Below are positions 52,588-62,408 of a stretch of DNA of 64,000 nt, piece after piece. The stretch comes from Eukaryota sp. GEM-RC1 (lineage: Eukaryota). The stretch's first letter is position 1. The number at the start of each line of letters is the position of its first letter. A program made the translations under genes and the position numbers. Below the pieces are notes generated by a model. It was not told the origin of the DNA. It saw only the letters and a program-made list of their open reading frames with translations, and did no database searches. The stretch is from assembly GCA_040285855.1 (NCBI GenBank), contig JAUFOQ010000018.1, positions 434,001 through 498,000 on the forward strand, given 5' to 3'.

Positions 52588-54387
52588 CTATGGTTTTATT
52601 AAGGAGCGTCTTAATTCATTTAAAATTAGTTTCTTTTTCTCATCATCAACTAAATTTGTTAAAAAAGTACAAAATCTGTCAAAATTAATATTTCCATTTA
52701 ATAACGTCCCTGAAAAGAATTCATGTCTGAGCGACTCCTCAACAGTTACTCTTGTACGTACATCACGAACTAACATCAGTTTCATCAATCCAATCACCGA
52801 ATAACAGACACCTTCCTTTTCTGGAAAATCAATCACGTGCGAAGGGTCAGGAATAACTCGTAGTTTCTGATACATGTTCTTATATTTATCAAACGGGGGC
52901 CGTCCAAAGATCATTTGATATAGTATACACCCTAAAGACCAAACGTCAGCTTTTCTCCCAACCTTCATAGTCCCTTCAATCCCCTGGTCAACAATAGCTT
53001 CAGGAGCAATGTAATTCAAAGTTCCAGCAAGAGAGTTTCTGTGGATATTAGTGGTATCAGATTTGATTGATCCTGCAATTCCAAAATCAATCAATTTTAA
53101 TTGACCAGAAACAAGCATGAAGTTTGCAGGTTTTAAATCTCCGTGTACTATTCGATGTTCGTGGATAACTTGAACAGATTTTAACATCCTTTCAAAGTAC
53201 ATTCTAATAAAATTAATAGAAATAAACCCTTGTTGAGTTTCTCGACGTAAAACTGTGTTTAAGTCAGTCTCACCATATTCCAGAACAAGAACCATGTGAT
53301 CGTCATCAACCTGATGGTCAATCAAATTAATGATTAGATCCGTATTATTCAACAATTTTAAATATTTGACCTCATTTAATAACATTGAGCGAGTGTTGGG
53401 ATCGTTCTTATCAAATTGGATAACTTTAAGGGCAACAAGTGTGTTGTTGGTATCTAATGCCTTGAAAACTCTAGAAGTTCCTCCTTTTCCAACCTGTCCC
53501 AAGACTTCATATGACTCTCCATTGACTTCTATTGACTTTCGCTGACGTGTACCTTCATCGGCAAATCTTACTTTTCCTTTGCCCTCTTTTTGAGTAATTA
53601 CTTTAGGTTTGGGCTTAACAGGAGTTGAGAAGGGCGAATGATAGGGTTGTGTGTGGGAAACATCTAGTGATTCCTGAACGCTTTCTTGAACACTGTCTCC
53701 AATACTGGAAATAGAATTATTAGAATTATTAGAAATATTGGTAGGTACAGTAGATTCTTTGCCATGGTCATCCTCATGATCTGATAATGACAACGCATCA
53801 TTACCTGGCTCATCTTCTTTCCCTGGAGGTCCGAGCTTAGGACGTCGTTTCCGTCTACGTAGGAAGTGCGCAGGACCAGTGGAGTTGAGAGTAGAAGGAG
53901 TACCTGTAGCATATGACGCTAGTCTTTTAGCGGGAGTAACAGGAGGACGGGAATTGAGGGACAAGAAGATCTTTAAAGACTGTATATCTGAGTTAAAGTG
54001 AGTACGGATTGAGTCAGGGAATCTGGGCTCGTGGGTGGAGATGATACTGATGGCTTCGGGTTTGTCAAACGTGGACTTTAAACGGACAAAGTCTAATAAA
54101 AGACGAATGAAGTCGTAGTTATGATAGTTGGGGTTCTGTGACAGGTGTTCGAAGGCAGATGTGTAGACCTGTAGTTTGGTATAATTGGAAGGTATGGAAT
54201 TGACAATAGACAACCATGCAGAGGGTGAGTCTGCATCATCAGGTATTGGAAAGTAAGGTGATGGAGAAGAAGGTGTAAGGGACAATGATGAAGATGAGGA
54301 TGGCGTTTCTGAGACTACTTTGAGTCTGTCGATTCTTGATCGTAAGTTATCAACTGATAACGTAGGGGTTGGAGTTGGGATAGTCAT
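52588..54387 (-). CDS. TTK: Mps1/TTK dual-specificity spindle-checkpoint kinase
   Basis: GKGGTSRVF, ALK, EYGETDL, IVHGDLKPANF, LKLIDFGIAGSIKSDTTNIHR, GTLNYIAPEA, KVGRKADVWSLGCILYQM.FGRPPF. Confidence 0.93.
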   Translation of the reverse strand: MTIPTPTPTLSVDNLRSRIDRLKVVSETPSSSSSLSLTPSSPSPYFPIPDDADSPSAWLSIVNSIPSNYTKLQVYTSAFEHLSQNPNYHNYDFIRLLLDFVRLKSTFDKPEAISIISTHEPRFPDSIRTHFNSDIQSLKIFLSLNSRPPVTPAKRLASYATGTPSTLNSTGPAHFLRRRKRRPKLGPPGKEDEPGNDALSLSDHEDDHGKESTVPTNISNNSNNSISSIGDSVQESVQESLDVSHTQPYHSPFSTPVKPKPKVITQKEGKGKVRFADEGTRQRKSIEVNGESYEVLGQVGKGGTSRVFKALDTNNTLVALKVIQFDKNDPNTRSMLLNEVKYLKLLNNTDLIINLIDHQVDDDHMVLVLEYGETDLNTVLRRETQQGFISINFIRMYFERMLKSVQVIHEHRIVHGDLKPANFMLVSGQLKLIDFGIAGSIKSDTTNIHRNSLAGTLNYIAPEAIVDQGIEGTMKVGRKADVWSLGCILYQMIFGRPPFDKYKNMYQKLRVIPDPSHVIDFPEKEGVCYSVIGLMKLMLVRDVRTRVTVEESLRHEFFSGTLLNGNINFDRFCTFLTNLVDDEKKKLILNELRRSLIKP

Positions 54388-54672
54388 TCATCCCTTAATG
54401 AGGAAAATTTATGTTGTGAAGCGACAAATGCAATGAATAGATGATACTTTTCTCTTACTTTAAATTCACTCCTTCAATACTGATGGTATACTATATTTGT
54501 AATAGTAAATAAAACTACCATATGCTGTGAATCAATTAAATATTTGATTGTTCAAAACATCATCATTGAGGAACATTAGAAATCATGCCGCTCAGTTTAC
54601 AGGCAATAGAGTATTATGGTAAGGCTTTTGGGTTAATTTCTTAATTCAACTAATGTTAATGGAAAAAATATT

Positions 54673-54739
54673 TGACAGCGACGGGGATTGAACCCGCGCG
54701 GATTTCTCCACCAGATCCTAATTCTGGTGCCATACCACT
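54673..54739 (-). tRNA. 3' portion of a disrupted tRNA-Leu(TAG) gene (lacks first 13 nt)
   Basis: AGTGGTATGGC-A-CCAGA ATTAGGA TCTGG-variable arm-GCGGG TTCAATC CCCGT-CGCTGTC-A, with a T-run terminator downstream. The missing 5' end GACAGCGTGGCCG lies at 57408-57420. Confidence 0.85.
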
Positions 54740-55695
54740 TTTTCTCCAACTCTATTGTTCATTGTGGGAAGGTGTCTTTGAACACTGTAAGTCGAGTTTG
54801 ATGAATTAAAGCAGGCAAAAGCAATCAATGTGGTCAGAGCATCCGTCCCTCTTGGAGTCAGATTTGATTTCACTTGATTGTACAAAAACAGTAGATAAAA
54901 TGGTTGTTCAATACAAGTTTGAATGTTCTTGTAATGAAGAAACAGTGTGCGTATTTAGTATTGGTGTGAACACACTTCTTTACGATGTTTAGTCGACAAC
55001 TACATTGAGCAGAAATATATGAAACAGTTTGTATGTTTGAGATTTTAGGACACAATTAGTCTCACGAAGAATAACTTGCAGTGAGACTAATTACTGCTGC
55101 CGGTGTAATTCTCAAAAAAAGATTTATGGAACAAAAACAGTAAGATATATACAAAAACTAAAACTCAATATCATTAGTCCAACATTCAATGCCATTAAAA
55201 AAATCACATTAGCTTTTTGTTCCTTAATTAAAATTTATGGAGATAATGTTTGTTATAGGTCCTCATTTTTGGTAAATCTAGTTGGATAATGCACAATGTA
55301 AGTCATGAGTTTTTGCATTATCTGAAGCAGTAAGGGTTCATAGCACAATCGATCACACTGATTTACTTGGTAATTTCTTTAGCAATAAGACTCAAAAGAC
55401 TCTTATGACCTAATGTTATTCTCGAAGCAAGCATTTTCACCCACTCTATCGATATTGAAACAGTGGTTGAAGTTCTGATACGGCTAGCTGGGAAGAAGCA
55501 ACTCCATTGGAATGATCTTATAACGATAGATGTTGGAATATCTAATTTTATTAATACAATGTACAATGATGGAAGTAATTTCCAAAGCATTATTATTCTT
55601 GAAATATTAAGACTGACTTTGAAAGGTGTTTGGTATAAAGAAGCATAGTTCAGAATTTTACCGGTACAATTCAATTCTTCAATCTTAACTGACAC

Positions 55696-56680
55696 ATGGA
55701 CAGTCCTCTTCAGCAGATGCTTAAAGCCTTTGATTATTGTGAACTTAAGTCCAAGAAAACTTTCCCTCAAGAGTTTCTTAGAAATCACCGTCATTTAGTG
55801 GAAACAGACAGGTTGCTAGGGCCAGTGATCTGTGGAATAACCTTTCTGCACCCACTGCTGGTGCCAAAAACTTTATTTATGTTGGCCGTGCTGGAAACAG
55901 CTACTATTGTGGCCTTTCAACAGCCACAGTAGGAACTTCCTCTTGTCGTCTTAATCGACATATATTTATTCTTTTGATCTTAGTCCCTTTCAAAAACTAC
56001 TTTCTAAAATTCCAAAAGAGGAAAAAAGTGTGGCCAAAAATTTCAAGATTCTCTTGACTTTAAGAGAATTTGACTTACATCTACTTGATGAAGTTGGCAG
56101 AGATTTATGGTTACGAATTTTTGAAAGATCATGTATTTCAAAAGGACGCTTTTATATCCGAAATTCCCGAAAAGTTCCTGTGGATGAAATGGTTCTTAAT
56201 GGGTCTCCAGGCGGTGAACTTCCTTCTAAGAAAGACTCAGCTAGGGGAGGAAGAAGATCCATTGTCTCAGGAAAAATCCAAAGAACTGCTGCTCTAAAGA
56301 AATACAATGAGAGTGAAAAGGGGAAGACCCAAAACTCAACTAACGCTGTGAACACTAATACTGCTAGATGGGCAGCTATTTACTCCAAATTAATTTCTGA
56401 AGAAGGAAAAAAATACAATGCGTTTAAGCAGAACGACATATTATGTATTAAATTAAGTTTTGGAAAGTCTATTGCTGTTCCATTGCCAGAAGTCTCAACC
56501 AAGTCCCAAGAGAAATTTCCTGGTGAAAAAGGAACTGAAGTGGATGTGAAATTAATGAACAATGGAAATGAAAAACAATTAGTTGTTAGCTTTGACACAT
56601 GGTCCTATGTGATTACTCCTACTCCGAGCCAAAACACAATTAGACAAGTCATGAAGGCTATTTTTGATTATAACGAATAA
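55696..56680 (+). pseudogene. GIY-YIG homing-endonuclease-like gene, frameshifted
   Basis: FIYVGRAGNSYYCGLSTATVGTSSCRLNRH (55872-55961). One added T then gives YSFDLSPFQKLLSK..KNFKILL..L..FERSCI..LNGSPGGE, the GIY/YIG, R..H, catalytic E and N..GG layout, followed by YNESEKGK. The start codon is uncertain. Confidence 0.65.
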
Positions 56681-56989
56681 ATTGAATAATTTTAGTTCAA
56701 ATAATTGTTTCATCTTAATTTATGGTTAAGAACACATATATCCGCTGTTTGTGAGTGACTACTATAGGTTTGAGCTTAACAGAAAGAAGCGACAAAGTTC
56801 AACAGTTGAACCCTGAAGTACAGGAAATTATTGGAAAGCATTCCAAAGAATTCAATGAATCAGAGAGTGAGTTATTACAGGTTCAATTGGCTGTTCTTAG
56901 TGCCTTGCTCGTTGTTAGTCTACTTAGAAAGAGCGAAGAACCAGAGTGGAAGGAGTACATGTAGCAGATGCTGGTAAGCTTTTGGTGAG

Positions 56990-57112
56990 TGTGTTGGAAA
57001 GTAAGGTGATGGAGGAGAATGAGTAAAGGAGAATGATGAAGATGAACAAGGTGTTTCTGAGACTACTTTGAGTCTTTAAGTTACCAACTGATAACGTAGG
57101 GGTTGGAGTCAC
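56990..57112 (-). pseudogene. Diverged duplicate of the 5' end of the TTK gene
   Basis: GTTTCTGAGACTACTTTGAGTCT and CAACTGATAACGTAGGGGTTGGAGT match 54305-54375. Confidence 0.8.
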
Positions 57113-57305
57113 TTGTTCTGAAGCAAGTTTTGAGAATTTCTAGATCAGTAACATCAAGACATGAACAAAAAGTACACAACTCAATATCAAGGCAACATTC
57201 CTTACCATAGAAACTCACAAAAGCTTCTTCTTCATACATGCATAACCATTTGTTATAAACATGTATAACACAATATTGTCTTTAGCTGTTGTTTTGTCAA
57301 AAATT

Positions 57306-57388
57306 TGACAGTGATGGGGTTCGAACCCACGCGGAACCTAATCCACTTGATCCTAATTCAAGCACCTTTACCACTCGGTCACACTGTC
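57306..57388 (-). tRNA. tRNA-Leu(TAG), intact, 83 nt
   Basis: GACAGTG/CACTGTC acceptor stem, ACC..GGT D arm, CTTGA ATTAGGA TCAAG anticodon arm, long variable arm, GTGGG TTCGAAC CCCAT T arm, discriminator A, downstream TTTTT. Confidence 0.92.
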
Positions 57389-57404
57389 ACAACGATGTTT
57401 CTTG

Positions 57405-59022
57405 ACTCGGCCACGCTGTCTCCCGAATTAATTGGTTGTTTTTATGAGAACTTAATCGGAAAACGATAATTTTATGTTATAAATTAACGAAATACAAACA
57501 ACTAGTACTTAAAAGATATTAAATGATCCACATCTACTCTTGAACTATCACGATACAATTTGTCCAGAATACGATTCAAATACTTTGGGAAACTTCTATA
57601 TAAGGAAAAAACAATGCGATTGCGCCAAATAGACTGATTAAAATTTTTCCTATGGTCACGGCACAACTTTGAAAAGGCATCAAAGAATTTTTCAGCAGCA
57701 AATCCAATATTACCAAGAATTGAAATAGCAAAAGGAATGAACTTAAAAGAAGAATACAAATTGGAATTCAGTTTGATCATTGTGTCAGAATATGTATTAT
57801 TTTTTCTTTTTTCAGCTTTGGATAAATGATTTTCAGTATCACTCGAAACTGAATTCAAATATACTTTAGCACTTAATCGGAATATTGTATTTTATTGATA
57901 TATTTTCATTCTGTTTTATCACTACTTGAAATCATTGATGGCTTTAAAACATGTAATACCTGTTGAATACGAATTATTCCCGAATAACGCTCGGCCACGC
58001 TGTCTTCCGAATTAATTGGTTGTTTTTATGAGAACTTAATCGGAATATTGTATTATATTATATTTTAACTTTGTTAGATTTCTACTTGAAATCATTGATG
58101 GCTTTAAAACATGTCAAACATGTTGAATACGAAATATGCCCGAATAACGCTCGGTCACGCTGTCTTCCGAATTAATTGGCTGTTTTTATGAGAACTTAAT
58201 CGGAATATTGTATTATATTATATTTTAATTTTGTTTGATTTCTACTTGAAATCATTGATGGCTTTAAAACATTGTAAAACATGTTGAATACGAATTATTC
58301 CCGAATAACGCTGGGCCACGCTTTCTTCCGAATTTAGTGGTTGTTTGGATGGGAACTTAATCGGAATATTGTATTATATTATATTTTAATTTTGTTTGAT
58401 TTCTACTTGAAATCATTGATGGCTTTAAAACATGTAAAACATGTTGAATACGAAATATGCCCGAATAACGCTCGGCCACGCTGTCTTCCGAATTTAGTGG
58501 TTGTTTGGATGGGAACTTAATCGGAATATTGTATTATATTATATTTTAATTTTGTTTGATTTCTACTTGAAATCATTGATGGCTTTAAAACATGTAAAAC
58601 ATGTTGAATACGAAATATGCCCGAATAACGCTCGGCCACGCTGTCTTCCGAATTAATTGGTTGTTTTTATGAGAACTTAATCGGAATATTGTATTATAGT
58701 ATATTTTAATTTTGTTTGATTTCTACTTGAAATCATTGATGGCTTTAAAACATGTAAAACATGTTGAATACGAAATATGCCCGAATAACGCTCGGCCACG
58801 CTGTCTTCCGAATTAATTGGTTGTTTTTATGAGAACTTAATCGGAATATTGTATTATATTATATTTTAATTTTGTTTGATTTCTACTTGAAATCATTGAT
58901 GGCTTTAAAACATTGTAAAACATGTTGAATACGAATTATTCCCGAATAACGCTCGGCCACGCTGTCTTCCGAATTTAGTGGTTGTTTGGATGGGAACTTA
59001 ATCGGAATATTGTTTTATATTA
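57405..59022 (-). repeat. 160/161-bp tandem array; each unit is upstream flank plus the first 15-16 nt of tRNA-Leu
   Basis: CTCGGCCACGCTGTC (rc GACAGCGTGGCCGAG) or a 1-2 mismatch variant at 57406, 57990, 58150, 58311, 58471, 58631, 58791, 58952. The first unit is interrupted by a LINE and the last is partial. Confidence 0.95.
57462..57870 (-). mobile_element. 5'-truncated RLE non-LTR insertion in the tRNA-upstream repeat
   Basis: RLE C-terminus (AEKRK, FIPFAISILG, WRNRIVF). 12-bp TSD ACTTAATCGGAA (57450-57461, 57871-57882). Empty site present in the other units. Confidence 0.9.
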
Positions 59023-59227
59023 TAATGTAACGAGATTGCAAACTACATACTACAATATGTATGTAGATACAGTAGTTTATTTTTATTTGTAGTTTATTTT
59101 TTGACTAATTATTTTTATTGACAACAACACTACTAGATAGAGCTGTCAAATGGCTAGCCTCAAGCCGTAAGCCGATGGACTTGAGAAAAGTCATATCCAA
59201 ATTTGGCTTGGCTTACTCAAATGACTC

Positions 59228-59950
59228 AATCAAAGCAACTGAAGAACTGTCCTTCAAATCAATTAAAATTTACGAACGCTGGATTTTTTTCTTTGGCCGT
59301 ACCAAGTCGAATTTTAAAATCCAGACATTCAAAATGTTTTAAAAGGTGTTTTGGAGTTTCTTAAGAGCAACTTTTAACGAGGTGACACATCGTTCTGGTA
59401 TTTCACAAATATCTGCTGGAAAACTTGTTTGCCAGGGGTCATGTGAAATTAGCGACAAATCTGATCTCAAATTTACCAAGAAAAAACTACTTGTCGAAAC
59501 AAGAAGATTTTCTTGACTTGGGTAACGTCTACAGAACTCAAAGACAAAATTCTTACCACCACCAATGAAAGCAGATTTGGTCCACCATTTAGATGAAGTG
59601 AATCCAAAATTCTGAACACAAATTTTCAAATAAATGTAAAAACTCCTTGGTATAGGATCTGAAATTACGGGACATAGAAATCGCTGAAGAACGATATTTC
59701 TGTGTCTTCGTGAATTCAATGCAAGAACTTGATGTACGTACTAAGACACTTTAGCGTTCTCAGCGTCTGTCAGTTGACCATTTGAAGTATTCAAAATATT
59801 GGCAATAGCTGAAGCTTTGCAAGCATCAACGGTCGTAAAACAATTTCTTGGCATGACAAAAAGGCCAATAATATCACCACGTTTCTGAGTAGAATCAGGG
59901 TGATCTGAAAGCTGAGAGAGTAATGGTTGAACTTTGCCATGGAAACCATT
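59228..59950 (-). mobile_element. Fused relics of two non-LTR families
   Basis: 59228-59605 matches ~50577-50960; 59610-59950 matches ~17710-18065. Confidence 0.8.
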
Positions 59951-60015
59951 CGGATTATCATTTCTATTACTAGTGCTTAAAGTACATTAAAAGATCTTCA
60001 TCTACTTTTGAACTA

Positions 60016-60355
60016 CAGTCAACCCTGGATATAGCGTCATTATATGGTCGACGCTATATCCAGTTTTGCGCTATATCCAGTTTTCGTGTCTGGTCATAAA
60101 CATATCTACGGACAAATTTTATACATAACAAATGACGAAAGAAGACTAAAGGGATCATCAGCACAAAGTAAGGAGAGACTCTGAAACTATCACTGGGACA
60201 AGATATGACCACCAGAAATATTGGAGTGGTTGAAAGTAGCTGAGTTCAAAGCCCTAGTCATATCGTGTAATTGCTCAACTGTTACATTCTGTTGTTCTGC
60301 TGAGCGGAGGAAGTGTTGAATGGAAGTGAGAATCTCCTCACTGATCTCAACACCC
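60016..60355. mobile_element. One end of a pogo/Tigger-like (Tc1/mariner) element
   Basis: TA followed by CAGTCAACCCTGGATATAGCG, with internal CGCTATATCCAG repeats. The opposite end was not found. Confidence 0.6.
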
Positions 60356-60790
60356 TGTTCTGTATCACGATACAATTTATCCAGACTACGATTCAAATAC
60401 TATGGGAAACTTCTATATAAAGAAAAAACTATGTGATTGCACCAAAGAGTCTGATTATAATTATTCCTTTGATCATGACACAATTTTGTAAAGGCAACAA
60501 AGAAATTTTCAGCAGCACTTCAAATATTATTAAGAAGAAAAAATAAGGAATAGCAAAAGAACTTAAAAGAAGTATACAAAACGGAATGAATTCAGTTCGA
60601 TCATTGTGTCAGATTATGTACCAATCTTTCTTATTTCTGCTTTGGATTAATGGTTTTCGGAGTCACTCGAAACTGAATTCAAATACACTTTTGCACATGG
60701 ACCAACGATAGTAAAATCTGTCACTGCATGACAAGAATCAAGATATGGCAGAAAGAGATCACCTCGTCGAGAATTGGTAATATTACGATC
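60356..60790 (-). mobile_element. Degenerate RLE non-LTR fragment, same family as 57462-57870
   Basis: Aligns by eye to 57545-57870 (TATCACGATACAATTT, CACTCGAAACTGAATTCAAAT) and extends to the RRGDL motif. Confidence 0.8.
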
Positions 60791-61032
60791 ACTATTAGTT
60801 GTTTTTATGAGAACTTAATTGGAATGGTTCAATAAATTCTTCTTGAATTTGAACAAAACTTCAGTTAACCATTGGTTTGTACTGTTCTAAAAAAATATTA
60901 TAGAAACAAAGTTATTCTACTGAAAGGATTGATCTCGATTAAACTGTCCTTTTTGGATGGGATTGTCTCATTCATGGCACCAACGCATTCACGAAATTGT
61001 AGACGAAAGCACTTAAATCAATCTAATTTTAT

Positions 61033-62384
61033 CATAGTTGCAAATCACAAATTTTTGTGATGTGATTTTGTGATGTGATTGGTGTGATGTGGAGTGAATC
61101 ACAAACACAGCGTTTGTGATGAGATTTTGTGATTTGTGATGTGATTGCATCACGTGTACTTTGTGTTGTGATGACAAACTGTAGTCCTGTACAGTTCTTC
61201 TATCCCAAGTATCTCGAATTATTCGAGGAGAAGTAGAATATGAATTGTTCTGGCCCCACTTGAAACTAATTGTTGCCGCAGTAACCCCATGGTTGAGCTT
61301 ACTGCGAATGCCCGATGAATCAGCATCTGGATTTTCTTCATTCTTTTGTGGGCATATGGAGTGACTCGATCCAAAATGGAACATTGTATTTTTTCCACAT
61401 CAAGGTCCATTAACGATGAGTATGGCCAAGAAATTTTTACCGAACACTTATGCGAGAATTGCCGAACGCAAATCTTAGACGATATTGCTAAGTTTCGACT
61501 GCACTATATTTCTTCTCCTGGACTGATTTTCTCCCGAATCCTAAATCCCTCATTACATGCGGCAAACGTCCATCTGTTTGCTGATCAAGAACGGATGCTT
61601 ATTCTCCAGCAGTACTTTGATCTCAATTTTGCTGACCATGCACAACAGCTTAAAGTAGAGTTGACTGAGTATATAGAGTCCGGTTACTCGTTTACTGATC
61701 TTGATGACATTGCTTCTCATACATGGTGGATTGCTACCGGACAATCTTCTTTTCCTTTACTCTCAAAAATTGCGCCCAGAATAACTCAAAATGCTGCCCG
61801 TGCTTCTTCCACAGAAAGGAATAGGTCTACGTTTGACCATCAGTTACCAAAACGTAGAAGCCGTCTGGGTACCGACTTACTGAATGACTCTGTGACCATT
61901 GCATTCAACTATCCACTACTCCAAAGGAAGCCTGCTGATATGACGATGAACAGAATGATTTTAGCTTTAACTGCAGCACCAGAGCAAGTGATGCTGAACG
62001 AATCATTGATTGTTCCCGTCTCCGATACTGATATCACTACAATTGACGAAGTTGATTTAGATCTCAGTATGAATGAGGAATGTATAGAGGAAGTTATTGA
62101 TGTAGATTTCGTAGAGCCTAACGAATGTCAGGGGGGACAAGTTAGAAGTTCTGCTGTTTTAGTTGAGAAAGAAGATAGTGTACTACCGCTTCCCAAACAA
62201 AATAGGGGTTTTTTTGTAATACATGTATGTATGTTTATAAAGACTTGTATTTGGTACTTTTATGTAAACTTGTGATGAAATCTATCACATAAATCACACA
62301 AATCACGTGTGATGTGATGGATGTGATGTGATTGCTGTGATGTGAGGGAATCACAAAGTAATATTTTTGTGATTTACAACTATG
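61033..62384 (+). mobile_element. Internally deleted hAT transposon (1352 bp) retaining the transposase C-terminus
   Basis: TIR CATAGTTG(C/T)AAATCACAAA. 8-bp TSD AATTTTAT (61025-61032, 62385-62392). TGTGA/TCACA subterminal repeats. ORF 61346-62275 contains WW...FPLLSKIA..ASSTERNRS...KRRSRL (hAT dimerisation domain). Confidence 0.93.
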
Positions 62385-62408
62385 AATTTTATTGACTCGA
62401 CTTTTTCA

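Noticed and set aside
57405..59022. CRISPR-like array
   Set aside because: Whole 160-bp units are near-identical; there are no unique spacers and no cas genes.
59138..59227. TAGAGCTGTCAAATGGC as a hAT terminus
   Set aside because: It resembles a hAT end, but no partner TIR or TSD was found.
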